DNA from: an uncultured Pelagibacteraceae bacterium
Lineage (GTDB): Bacteria; Pseudomonadota; Alphaproteobacteria; Pelagibacterales; Pelagibacteraceae
Direction: 5' to 3'
DNA: 64,000 nucleotides
Assembly (NCBI GenBank): GCA_902590285.1
Contig: CACIWE010000001.1
Span: forward strand, 19,496 to 83,495
Numbering within the stretch: position 1 is the first letter of the stretch; every line of letters begins with the position of its first letter. A program made the position numbers and the translations under genes. Under the pieces are notes generated by a model. The model was given only the letters and a program-made list of their open reading frames with translations. It did no database searches and had not been told where the DNA came from. This document shows, in pieces, positions 39,715 to 49,334 of the stretch.

Positions 39715-40698
39715 TTATCTCTCTAAAGAAACAGGATTTGTTTTTCTTACCTGGTCCATTATATGATTTACTTTTTGAAGATCAGCATCTCTGACGCACA
39801 TATTTTTAGAGAGATATTGTTTCCATGTTCTTGAACCATTTTGTCCATGAAATAATCCAACTGTGTGTCTCATAATGTGATTTAATTGGACACCTTTAGC
39901 TGTTTCTTCTTGAATGTAGGGAATTAATTTTTCCATAACTTCACTTCTTGAAGGTACATTTTCATTATTAAAAATTTCTCTTTCTATATCAGCTAAAAAA
40001 TATGGTGAATGATATATTGCTCTTCCTATCATAGCTCCATCAACTTTTAACAAATGATCTTTAATATCTTCTGTAGTTTTAATCCCACCATTAATAATTA
40101 TTTCATCATCTTTAAAATGCTCTTTGAGTTTATAAACAAATTCATATTTAAGCGGGGGTATATTTAAATTTTCTTTAGGGCTTAATTTTTTAAGTAAAGC
40201 TTTTCTTGCATGGATAATAAATTTTTTTGATCCGGCATCTTTAGTGGTTTGAATAAAAGATTTCAAAAATTCAAAATTTTCCACATCATTGTAACCAATT
40301 CTTGTTTTAATTGTTACAGGAAGCTTTGTTGCTTTAGTCATGGCTTCAATACATTTGGCTACAAGATCAGGTTCTTGCATTAAACACGCACCAAATTTAT
40401 TTTTTTGAACTTTTTTACTTGGACAACCTAGATTTAAATTAATTTCTTTATAACCATAATTTTCTGAAATTTTACAAGCCTCAGCAAGTTCATTAGGATT
40501 GGAGCCTCCAATTTGTAAAGTAACGGGATTAGAAATTTTTTTAAATGATAATAATTTATCTCTATCCCCTCTTATAATTGCATTTGCGACAATCATTTCT
40601 GAATATAAATGAATGTTCTTGCTTATAAGACTTAGAAAATATATTTCGTGTTTATCAGTGCAATCCATCATTGGTGCAACTGAAACAGTTTTATTCAT
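39715..40698 (-). CDS. dusA: tRNA dihydrouridine synthase A
   Basis: VAPMMDCTD, INLNLGCPS, IHARKA..SPKEN..IPPL and INGGI motifs. Confidence 0.92.
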   Translation of the reverse strand: MNKTVSVAPMMDCTDKHEIYFLSLISKNIHLYSEMIVANAIIRGDRDKLLSFKKISNPVTLQIGGSNPNELAEACKISENYGYKEINLNLGCPSKKVQKNKFGACLMQEPDLVAKCIEAMTKATKLPVTIKTRIGYNDVENFEFLKSFIQTTKDAGSKKFIIHARKALLKKLSPKENLNIPPLKYEFVYKLKEHFKDDEIIINGGIKTTEDIKDHLLKVDGAMIGRAIYHSPYFLADIEREIFNNENVPSRSEVMEKLIPYIQEETAKGVQLNHIMRHTVGLFHGQNGSRTWKQYLSKNMCVRDADLQKVNHIMDQVRKTNPVSLER

Positions 40699-40701
40699 AA
40701 C

Positions 40702-41199
40702 TTACTCTGATTTATTTTCTTCTACAGGAGCTTCTTCACTTAATTCAAGAGGAGCTTCTTCAGTATCTAGATTTTCTTCTTTAATTTCAGGCTGTTCTGC
40801 TTTTAATTCTGATAGTGCTTCATCAGCTAAACTTGGTTTTTTTACTTCTGGAATTCTTCTTGTTCTTTTTGATGGAAGAATAGCTACGCCGCTTTTAGAA
40901 ACTTGACCTTTGTATAAATTTTCAAACTCATCATTAGTTTCTTCCTCTATTTCCTCTTGTTGTTCAATTTCGTCTGGTTCTTTTCTAAGTCTTTTAATAG
41001 CATTTGCCTCAACTTCTTTTATATCAATTTTTCCATCACCTATTTCTCTTAATGAAATAATTGTTCTTTTATCGTTATCTTCATCGACAAGCATTGGAGA
41101 TCCGGCGTTTAGTTGGACTGTTCGCTCTTTAGCTAAAAGCACCAAATCATATTGGTTATCAACTTTTTCTAAACAGTCTTCTACGGTTATTCTCGCCAT
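40702..41199 (-). CDS. rpoZ: RNA polymerase omega subunit with long acidic C-terminal extension
   Basis: MARITVEDC...LVLLA..R...DK..I.SLREI core. Confidence 0.93.
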   Translation of the reverse strand: MARITVEDCLEKVDNQYDLVLLAKERTVQLNAGSPMLVDEDNDKRTIISLREIGDGKIDIKEVEANAIKRLRKEPDEIEQQEEIEEETNDEFENLYKGQVSKSGVAILPSKRTRRIPEVKKPSLADEALSELKAEQPEIKEENLDTEEAPLELSEEAPVEENKSE

Positions 41200-41239
41200 G
41201 ATGACTGTTATTTATTCAATTGGGTTTAATAAATCAAGC

Positions 41240-42454
41240 TTAATTTGTCAGCCTTTCGGGTTCTATTGTTTTCCTGATTAAAATTAATAAAGCCAATGAA
41301 ATAACAACGTAAGCAGCCCCCACAAAAGCAATATTTTCAATAGTAAATCCATTATCAATCAAAAGACCAAATACTGCGGTACCAAAGGCAGTAGAGAAAA
41401 CCATAAATGCAGTAGTTAAAGCTTTTATACTTCCAATATATTTTACTCCATATATCTCTGCCCAAGTAGAGGATCCCAAAATATTTGCTAAGCCATTAGA
41501 AACTCCAATTAATCCTAGAAAAATATAAGCGAATATTTCATGATTAAAATAAAACAAAGTAATCATGGCAAAAAGCAATGGTATATTCATGTATAAAATA
41601 AGTTTTCGTCCTGTAAATTTATCTACCAAAAATCCTGAAATAAATAGTGTTGCTATAGATGTTATTGAATAAACCATAAATGCCTTTGGTATCGTATAAA
41701 TAGCCCATGTTTTTGAGTCAGATATAAAAGATTGATAAACAAAAACACCAGTTGCAATCCAAGGCATCGCAAGCATATTTAAAGACACTATATAAAATCT
41801 ATAATCTCTTAAAACATCTCTTCTTCTCCAGCTTTTTATTTTAATTTTATTTTTAAGATTAGGATCTACTTCTCTAGAATCTAGATTTATAGATTTAATT
41901 GTATTCAAAATTACAAAAGGTAAAAATAAAATAATTAATATTGCAATTCCTTGCCAGACAGTTCTCCAAGAATAAATGATAAAAAAATAAGTTATGAGTA
42001 CAGGTAAAATAAATTCTGCAGTAGATAAACCAAACCAAATTGTACTTAAGGCTTTTCCTCTTGATCTTTCAAAAAATCTTGAAATTGTTGTTGTTGAAGT
42101 ATGACTCATTAAACCTTGTCCAGAAAATCTCATTAAAAAAATTCCGATTGCTAAAAAGTAAATACTATTGATGAATGAAAAAAATAAAGAAGAAACGAAT
42201 AACAACATAACTACAAATAATGAATAATGTAAAATTTTATAATCATCTATTTTTTTTCCAACCCAAATAAGAAGTAAACTTGAAAAAATAGTTGCACTTG
42301 CATAGATGCTACCAAATTGACCGTGGGTAATATCAAGTTCATTTCTTATCGGTGCGTTAAACAATCCCAAAAAAAAACTCTGTCCAAAACTGGAAAAAAA
42401 TGTAAATATAAATCCAAATATAATTACTTTTTTATTTAAGGTGAGGTTAATCAT
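41240..42454 (-). CDS. MFS transporter
   Basis: About 12 hydrophobic segments; GQSFF, GKKIDDY and RFSGQGLM motifs. Confidence 0.88.
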   Translation of the reverse strand: MINLTLNKKVIIFGFIFTFFSSFGQSFFLGLFNAPIRNELDITHGQFGSIYASATIFSSLLLIWVGKKIDDYKILHYSLFVVMLLFVSSLFFSFINSIYFLAIGIFLMRFSGQGLMSHTSTTTISRFFERSRGKALSTIWFGLSTAEFILPVLITYFFIIYSWRTVWQGIAILIILFLPFVILNTIKSINLDSREVDPNLKNKIKIKSWRRRDVLRDYRFYIVSLNMLAMPWIATGVFVYQSFISDSKTWAIYTIPKAFMVYSITSIATLFISGFLVDKFTGRKLILYMNIPLLFAMITLFYFNHEIFAYIFLGLIGVSNGLANILGSSTWAEIYGVKYIGSIKALTTAFMVFSTAFGTAVFGLLIDNGFTIENIAFVGAAYVVISLALLILIRKTIEPERLTN

Positions 42455-42456
42455 TA

Positions 42457-43326
42457 ATGAATTGTAAAGTTTCTTTCATAGGTCTGGGTGTTATGGGTTA
42501 TCCTATGGCTGGTTATATATCAAAAGCTGGTCACAATGTAACCGTTTTTAATCGTACTAAAGCTAAAGCTGAAAAGTGGGCTAAGGAATATAAAGGTAAT
42601 GTTGCAGATACTCCAATGGATGCAGCGAAAGATAGTGACTTTATTTTTACATGTGTTGGAAACGACAATGATTTAAGAGAAGTTACTTTAGGTGATAAAG
42701 GGTTATTCAAAACGGCAAAAAAAGGTTCAGTCTATATCGATAATACAACTGCTTCAGCCAATATCGCAAGAGAATTATATAAAGAGGCAAAAGCAAAAGG
42801 TTTTCATTTCTTAGATGCTCCAATTTCGGGTGGCCAAGCTGGAGCTGAAGGGGGAATTTTAACTGTGATGGTTGGAGGAGACGATGCTCCATTTAAAAAA
42901 GCTGAACCGGTTATTGATTGTTATAGTAAAAAAATAAAATTGTTAGGGCCGTCTGGAAGCGGTCAGTTAACTAAGATGGTTAATCAGATCTGTATTGCAG
43001 GACTTGTACAAGGATTATCAGAAGCAATTAACTTTGGAATGAATGCAGGATTAGATATGCATGATGTTATAGAAGTTATTTCAAAAGGTGCGGCTCAATC
43101 TTGGCAAATGGATAACAGACATAAAACAATGATTGAAGGCAAATTCGATTATGGCTTTGCAGTCGATTGGATGAGAAAAGACTTAAAAATTGCAATGGAT
43201 GAAGCTAAGAAAAATAATTCACCCTTACCTATCACAAAAATAATTGACGAATATTACGCTGAAGTACAAAAAATGGGTGGTCAGCGATGGGATACTTCAA
43301 GTTTAATTAAAAGATTTAGAAAATAA
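42457..43326 (+). CDS. 3-hydroxyisobutyrate / beta-hydroxyacid dehydrogenase family
   Basis: FIGLGVMGYPMA, DAPISGG, KMVNQI and KDL motifs. Confidence 0.9.
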   Translation: MNCKVSFIGLGVMGYPMAGYISKAGHNVTVFNRTKAKAEKWAKEYKGNVADTPMDAAKDSDFIFTCVGNDNDLREVTLGDKGLFKTAKKGSVYIDNTTASANIARELYKEAKAKGFHFLDAPISGGQAGAEGGILTVMVGGDDAPFKKAEPVIDCYSKKIKLLGPSGSGQLTKMVNQICIAGLVQGLSEAINFGMNAGLDMHDVIEVISKGAAQSWQMDNRHKTMIEGKFDYGFAVDWMRKDLKIAMDEAKKNNSPLPITKIIDEYYAEVQKMGGQRWDTSSLIKRFRK

Positions 43327-43329
43327 ATC

Positions 43330-43938
43330 GTGTCACAAGAAGTTATTAGCTACTACGAGGATTTCAACGAGATTGAAAAAAAAATTTGGGATCTTTTAAC
43401 TAATGCCGTGACCGATCGATCTTCTGAGTTTAGAACGCCTGTTTTTATTTGTGGTAATGACAAAGATTTAGATGGGAGAGTTGTAGTGCTGAGAAAAGCT
43501 GATCAAAAAAATAGTCTTGTTCAGTATCATAGCGATATCAGGTCCTCAAAAATAGATAAAATAAAAAAAAATCCGAACTGCTCCATTTTGTTTTACGGTA
43601 AACAAGAGAAGATTCAGCTGAGACTAAAGACAGAATGTAAAATTCACTTTAACGATAATGTTACAAAAGAGTCTTGGAATAAAACTGCTCATATCAGTAG
43701 AAAATGTTACCTTGTTACCAATGGTCCAGGAACAGAGTCTGATAAACCCACTTCTGGCTTAAATAAAAAATTCGATAGTTTTGATTATACTAAAGAGGAA
43801 AGTGAAAAAGGATATAAAAACTTTTGTGTCATCAGATGTAAAGTTAAAAGTATTGAATGGTTATATTTAGCTGCTAAAGGACATCGTAGAGCTTTTTTTG
43901 ACTTAGAAAAAAATAAAAAAAATTGGTTAGTTCCATAA
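43330..43938 (+). CDS. Pyridoxamine 5'-phosphate oxidase-like FMN-binding protein
   Basis: RVVVLRK, HSDIRSSK, QLRL and EWLYL..GHRRA motifs. Confidence 0.8.
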   Translation: MSQEVISYYEDFNEIEKKIWDLLTNAVTDRSSEFRTPVFICGNDKDLDGRVVVLRKADQKNSLVQYHSDIRSSKIDKIKKNPNCSILFYGKQEKIQLRLKTECKIHFNDNVTKESWNKTAHISRKCYLVTNGPGTESDKPTSGLNKKFDSFDYTKEESEKGYKNFCVIRCKVKSIEWLYLAAKGHRRAFFDLEKNKKNWLVP

Positions 43939-43940
43939 TA

Positions 43941-44969
43941 CTAATTCCAATTTTTTACCCACTCAGATAGTGATTTTGCCACTTCGTGATTTCCTTGAAT
44001 AGATAAATGTCCATCAACTGGAAAATGTGACTCTTCAATTGCACTTAATGAGTCTAAATCAGGAAAAGAACAATCTATGTTATTTTTATTACAGATTTTT
44101 ATTAAAGAATTTATAAAGCTAGAATTGTAAGAATTTAATCTATTAGATACAACTTCAGCTCTTTGAGGAAGAATAAATATTTTTAATTTTGATTTTAAAT
44201 TATTATCTAAAATTTTTAAAGACTCGTCCAAATAATTAGTTGCTTTGATCCACTCTTCTGGAAGATTTTTAAGTAAATATCCTGAGTAAGGTTTTCTTGA
44301 GAGATAAGTCTTTAAATAAATTTTATCATTAGAAATTAAATTGTGTAAAATAAAGCGTGAGGATGCTGTAGATAGTAAATAATTCTTGATCGATTTAAAA
44401 GTTTCCATTTTATTTTTTTTATTTTCAATTATTTTTTTTGTTTTATCTTTGTCTTTAGTTTTTGAAAAATAGGAGCCATCTACTAGGTCAAAAAAATCAT
44501 TGGGAGTTATACCATAAATGATATAATCATAACTTCTATATTCTAATGTTTTAAGTTTATTTAGGACATTATGAAGTTGTTCAGCAGGCGTTCCATAATT
44601 ATGAATTTCATATGGACTATTTAAGATTTTTTTAAACGCATAAAAATTATAATTATCTTCAATAGGAACCATCGCTCCAAAAGTAAAACTATCGCCAATA
44701 AAAGCTATTTTTTTTTGGTTTGGTACCTGATTTGGTTGATCTCTCCTACCCTTAGAGTTAATTTCATAGGTCACAAATTTTTTTTGCTCCCAATGTTTTA
44801 TGATATTTTTACAATTAGGTGTATAAAAACTGAAGTCCTTTTCATTATCGTAAATTCTTTTACACGTATTTACCTTGGAGATACTTCTATAATCTAAAAC
44901 ATATTTAAAAAATAACTCTGTGGCTAAAAGTATTAAAAATATGTTAATTATAATTATTAAATTTTTCAA
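43941..44969 (-). CDS. SGNH/GDSL hydrolase family protein with N-terminal membrane anchor
   Basis: INSKGRRD, FIGDSFTFG, NYG, PND and DGHLS..GN motifs. Confidence 0.75.
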   Translation of the reverse strand: MKNLIIIINIFLILLATELFFKYVLDYRSISKVNTCKRIYDNEKDFSFYTPNCKNIIKHWEQKKFVTYEINSKGRRDQPNQVPNQKKIAFIGDSFTFGAMVPIEDNYNFYAFKKILNSPYEIHNYGTPAEQLHNVLNKLKTLEYRSYDYIIYGITPNDFFDLVDGSYFSKTKDKDKTKKIIENKKNKMETFKSIKNYLLSTASSRFILHNLISNDKIYLKTYLSRKPYSGYLLKNLPEEWIKATNYLDESLKILDNNLKSKLKIFILPQRAEVVSNRLNSYNSSFINSLIKICNKNNIDCSFPDLDSLSAIEESHFPVDGHLSIQGNHEVAKSLSEWVKNWN

Positions 44970-44984
44970 ACTAAAATTAAAAAA

Positions 44985-45488
44985 CTATTTTTTATATTTT
45001 TTAAAATTTTCAACATAGTCTCTAGCATTTTCTTTAATGTATGCTATTTCTTCATCTGTAACTTGTCTAACAACTTTACCAGGACTTCCTAGAACTAAAG
45101 ATCTTTCAGGTATAACTTTATTTTCTGTGACAAGCGCATTTGCTCCGATGATACAATTTTTACCAATTTTTGTTTTATTAAGAATCGTCGAACCTATTCC
45201 AATTAAACAGTCATCCGCAATTTCACAACCATGCAGCATAACCATGTGGCCCACCGTAACTCCACTGCCAACTATTGTTGGACAGCCAGGATCAGTATGA
45301 ATAACGCTTCCGTCTTGTATGTTTGAATTTTCTCCAATAATAATTGGCTCAAGATCTCCTCTCAAAGTTGTATTAAACCAAATATTAGAATTCTTTTTAA
45401 GTTCGACTCTTCCAATGATTACAGCATTAGGTGCAACCCAACCACCTGGATCAATTTTTGGTGTCTGTCCTTCAAAATCGTAAATCAT
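44985..45488 (-). CDS. Gamma carbonic anhydrase family protein (YrdA/PaaY-like)
   Basis: LRGD, NIQDGSVIH and TVGH..MLHGC hexapeptide motifs. Confidence 0.92.
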   Translation of the reverse strand: MIYDFEGQTPKIDPGGWVAPNAVIIGRVELKKNSNIWFNTTLRGDLEPIIIGENSNIQDGSVIHTDPGCPTIVGSGVTVGHMVMLHGCEIADDCLIGIGSTILNKTKIGKNCIIGANALVTENKVIPERSLVLGSPGKVVRQVTDEEIAYIKENARDYVENFKKYKK

Positions 45489-45529
45489 AAAATTGCTGTA
45501 ATGTATTATTAAATAATTTATAATACATT

Positions 45530-46087
45530 ATGGCTTTAACTAAAACCCCGGTATGTGATTTTGGAAAAAAAGCTGAGGATTTCAAATTAAAATCAATAAA
45601 CAATAAAGTAGTCACTTTAAAGGATATTAAAGGCAAAAAAGCTACTTTGATAATGTTTATTTGCAATCATTGTCCCTATGTAAAAGCAATTATTAAAAAT
45701 TTAGCCAAAGATTGTAATGAACTAACAAATGATGGAATAAATTCTGTAGCTATAATGTCAAATGATACCAAAAATTATCCCGAAGACTCGTTCGAAAATA
45801 TGATCAAATTTGCTGATAATAATAATTTTGGAAAAATAAGCTATTTGTTTGATGAAACACAAGAAATTGCTAAAAAATATGGAGCAGTATGTACACCTGA
45901 TTTTTTTGGTTACAATGAAAATTTAGAACTTCAATACAGAGGAAGATTTAGAGAGTTAAAAGATTTAAAACCAATAAATAATGGAGACAGTGATTTAAAA
46001 ATCGCTATGAAAATGGTGGCAAAAACGCAAAAAGGTCCTAATGAACAAATTCCAAGTATGGGCTGTAACATCAAGTGGTTTAATTAA
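45530..46087 (+). CDS. Thioredoxin/AhpC-TSA family protein
   Basis: FICNHCPYV, SND..YPEDS, AVCTPDFF and SMGCNIKW motifs. Confidence 0.9.
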   Translation: MALTKTPVCDFGKKAEDFKLKSINNKVVTLKDIKGKKATLIMFICNHCPYVKAIIKNLAKDCNELTNDGINSVAIMSNDTKNYPEDSFENMIKFADNNNFGKISYLFDETQEIAKKYGAVCTPDFFGYNENLELQYRGRFRELKDLKPINNGDSDLKIAMKMVAKTQKGPNEQIPSMGCNIKWFN

Positions 46088-47172
46088 TGTTTTTGGTTTC
46101 CACTAGAAATTTTCCTCCTGAGCCTGGTGGAATGCAAAACCTCATGGAGGGTTTATCCAACGCGCTTTTAAATCACGGTCCAGTAATAGTTTTCGCAGAA
46201 GATCACAGTGAAGCTGAAATTTATGATCAAAATTCAAAATTAAATATAAAAAGAGTTGCTGGTTTTAAAATTTTTCGTAAATACAGAAAAGCAAACCTAG
46301 TGAAAGAGTTCTTAAAATCTAATGAAGTAAGAGCCTCTTTTTTTGATCATTGGAAAAGTATTGAAAATATAGAAAAAAATTTATTGAATAAAACTAAATC
46401 ATTTTGCTTGATTCACTCAAAGGAAATAAATCACCCTGTGGGATCATCTCTAAATAACCGGGTTTTAAATGCACTTGCTAAGGCAGATCACGTTATAGCC
46501 AATTCAAAATTTACAAAAGAGTTTGCAATGAAGCTTGGGGTTAAAAATGTCACTGTAATTAATCCAGGTTGCAATTATCCTATACCGATAAATGAAGAAG
46601 CTAAAGTGTTTGCAAAAAACATATATGACAATGCTTCTCCAAAGTTAATTACCGTCTCAAGATTAGATGGAAGAAAAAGTCATCAAAATATTTTAATGAC
46701 CGTAAAAAATCTTTTACCTAAATTTCCAAATTTAAAATATGTCTCAATTGGTGATGGTGATGAGAAAAAAAATCTTTTAAAGTTAAGAAAAGAACTTAGT
46801 TTAGAAAAAAATGTTGAATTATTATTTAAATCTACAGAGCAAGAAAAAGTTGCTTTATTAGAACAGTCAAATGTATTTGTGATGCCCTCAGTAATTTATA
46901 AAAAATCAGTAGAAGGATTTGGTATTACTTATATTGAAGCCGCTTCATATGGGAAACCTTCTATTGGTGGAATTTATGGTGGCGAAGGTGACGCTATAAA
47001 AAGCGGACAAACTGGTTATTTATGCAACGGCAATGATTTAAATGCAATTTACGATACTTTATTAAAAACCCTAGATAACGATCACTATCTAAAGCTGGGA
47101 GCTAATGCTTTGGAATTTTCAAAAGATTTTAGTTGGGAAAAAATAGTAAAAAAATATATTAATCTAATTTAG
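46087..47172 (+). CDS. Glycosyltransferase family 4
   Basis: FPPEPGG, VSRL..RK and EGFGITYIEA motifs. Confidence 0.9.
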   Translation: MFLVSTRNFPPEPGGMQNLMEGLSNALLNHGPVIVFAEDHSEAEIYDQNSKLNIKRVAGFKIFRKYRKANLVKEFLKSNEVRASFFDHWKSIENIEKNLLNKTKSFCLIHSKEINHPVGSSLNNRVLNALAKADHVIANSKFTKEFAMKLGVKNVTVINPGCNYPIPINEEAKVFAKNIYDNASPKLITVSRLDGRKSHQNILMTVKNLLPKFPNLKYVSIGDGDEKKNLLKLRKELSLEKNVELLFKSTEQEKVALLEQSNVFVMPSVIYKKSVEGFGITYIEAASYGKPSIGGIYGGEGDAIKSGQTGYLCNGNDLNAIYDTLLKTLDNDHYLKLGANALEFSKDFSWEKIVKKYINLI

Positions 47173-48091
47173 CTTTTGCTTCCTTAAGAACAGTATTGAT
47201 ATCTAAGTCTTTTAAATTTTCCACTGAGATAGCTTTAAAATTAAAGTTTTCAATACTCACCTTTTTTGCTGATGTATGGCTTCCAAATAAAACTAACCCC
47301 TTTTTATCTAAGTGAGAGGCAATATGAGCTGGACCTGTATCATTTGCGATAATAAGTTTTGCACTGTGTATTAAAGATATTAAAGTTTTTAATTTTACAT
47401 GTTCGTTATTCTCCAAAACAACTTTAGCATTTAATTCATTGGCTTCTTTAATTTCATTAGGTCCTGGAGCAAGAAGCACCGAATACTTATTTTTAAATTC
47501 TTGTTTTAATTTTTGAATTAGCTCTTTGAAGTAAGGCCATTTTTTATTTTTAAGCTTTGGTGAGCAGAAAGGAAATAAAAGGATATATTCTCTATTTGTA
47601 TATTTTTTAACTAAATGAGAAGTATTTTCAACTGCCCAACTTAAATCAATATTTTTAGTAAATTCAGTTTCAATACCACTTTTTTTAAGTTGAGTTTCTA
47701 TTCTGTCTAGGACAGGGTCTTTGTCAAAATCACTTTTCCGCTGACCTGGTTCTAAAGCTGTTTCAGTTGATGACCAATAAACATTTTTTATTATAAATCT
47801 TTTGTAAAATTTTGTCCGATTAGAATTCTGTAAATCAAAAACTTTACCAAAATCATATTTTGATAAAGTTTTTTTTAAATTATTTAAATAGAATAAATTC
47901 CATCTAGGTAATCTTTTGTCAATTAACACTCCATCTAAATAAGGGCACTCAGACATAAAAATTGAGTATGGTTGAGTTGTAAGTAAGAAAACTTTTCTAT
48001 TAGAGTAGAATTTTTTAATATCCTTAATTGCTCCATTCGCTTGGATTAAGTCCCCTAGCGAACCATGTTTAATTATTAATATATTTGACAT
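47159..48091 (-). CDS. Glycosyltransferase family 9
   Basis: KHGSLGD, DLQ, KKWP and NDTGPAHIA motifs. Confidence 0.88.
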   Translation of the reverse strand: MSNILIIKHGSLGDLIQANGAIKDIKKFYSNRKVFLLTTQPYSIFMSECPYLDGVLIDKRLPRWNLFYLNNLKKTLSKYDFGKVFDLQNSNRTKFYKRFIIKNVYWSSTETALEPGQRKSDFDKDPVLDRIETQLKKSGIETEFTKNIDLSWAVENTSHLVKKYTNREYILLFPFCSPKLKNKKWPYFKELIQKLKQEFKNKYSVLLAPGPNEIKEANELNAKVVLENNEHVKLKTLISLIHSAKLIIANDTGPAHIASHLDKKGLVLFGSHTSAKKVSIENFNFKAISVENLKDLDINTVLKEAKAKLD

Positions 48092-48137
48092 TATTAATTC
48101 CGAGTATATTTAAAGAGTGATATAGTCAAATATTAAT

Positions 48138-48533
48138 ATGGGCAACAAATTAGACAAAATATTGGCAGAAATTTCGGCGGGAGAATTGTTTGATAAAATT
48201 ACAATTTTAGAAATCAAAAAATCTAAAATATCTAACAAAGAAAAATTGATTGATATCAATAAAGAGCTTTCATCTTTAAATGAAACAGTAAAAAAATTTA
48301 TTCCTGATAAAAGCAGTATTTCAAATTATATAATTGATTTGAAGAATATAAATCTCAAGCTGTGGGATATCGAAGATGGAAAAAGAGCTGCTGAGAAAAA
48401 TAATGATTTTGGAGAGAAATTTATAGAACTTGCAAGGAATGTTTATAAATTTAATGATGAAAGAGCAAAAATTAAATTAGCAATCAATACTTCACTTGGT
48501 TCTAATATTAAAGAAGTAAAATCATACGAATAA
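48138..48533 (+). CDS. Conserved hypothetical protein (DUF6165-like)
   Basis: SAGELFDKITILEIK...LWDIED...NDERAKIK...EVKSY pattern. Confidence 0.75.
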   Translation: MGNKLDKILAEISAGELFDKITILEIKKSKISNKEKLIDINKELSSLNETVKKFIPDKSSISNYIIDLKNINLKLWDIEDGKRAAEKNNDFGEKFIELARNVYKFNDERAKIKLAINTSLGSNIKEVKSYE

Positions 48534-49334
48534 TTAGTCAAATTTTAAGCTTGGAATTATAGACCTTAGTTTTTTTGGAAGTTGTTGATCTATAGAAACT
48601 GTGATAACACCTTCTGATTTTTTTAGTTCCTTTAATATTTTTCCATCTGGAGAGATAATCATAGAGTGACCAAAAGTTTTTCTACCGTTATAATGAGTTC
48701 CTCCTTGAGCTGGTGCAAAAATATAACAGAAATTTTCAATTGCTCTTGCTTTCAATAGAGAGTGCCAATGTTTTTTTCCAGTTGTTTCCGTAAAAGCCGA
48801 AGGAATAGAGATATAATAGCATCCAGCTTTAGATAGTTTTCTATACATATTGGGAAATCTTAAATCATAACAAATAGATAAGCCAAATCTTCCCCAAGGA
48901 AGGTTAAAGGATTTTATTTTTTTTCCAGCAGAAAAAGTTTTTGACTCAAAATATTTTTCTCTTTTACTTAAAACTACATCATACATATGGATTTTATCGT
49001 AATATGTTCTTATTTTCCCATTTTTATCTATTAACACAGATCTATTTGTTAATTTATTTTTTGAAACTTTAATAATTAATGAACCAATTAAAATCCATTT
49101 TTTATATTTTTTGGCTAATTTTTTAATTCCAATAAGATATTCATCCTCGACCATTGTTTTGCATGTTTTTAATAATTGTTTTTTATTTAAAGAAAATAAC
49201 GATGAAACTTCTGGTGTTAGAATAAAGTCAGTTTTTTGTTTTACAGCTTTAACAATTAATCTCTCCGTTTTATTTAAATTTTGTAAAACATTATTGTTTG
49301 ATCTTAATTGAATACAAGATACTCGAAACATCAC
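48534..49334 (-). CDS. Carbon-nitrogen hydrolase (Nit1/deaminated glutathione amidase-like)
   Basis: TPE, YDKIHM, ICYDLRFP and HW..LLKARAIEN motifs (Glu-Lys-Cys triad). Confidence 0.88.
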   Translation of the reverse strand: MMFRVSCIQLRSNNNVLQNLNKTERLIVKAVKQKTDFILTPEVSSLFSLNKKQLLKTCKTMVEDEYLIGIKKLAKKYKKWILIGSLIIKVSKNKLTNRSVLIDKNGKIRTYYDKIHMYDVVLSKREKYFESKTFSAGKKIKSFNLPWGRFGLSICYDLRFPNMYRKLSKAGCYYISIPSAFTETTGKKHWHSLLKARAIENFCYIFAPAQGGTHYNGRKTFGHSMIISPDGKILKELKKSEGVITVSIDQQLPKKLRSIIPSLKFD

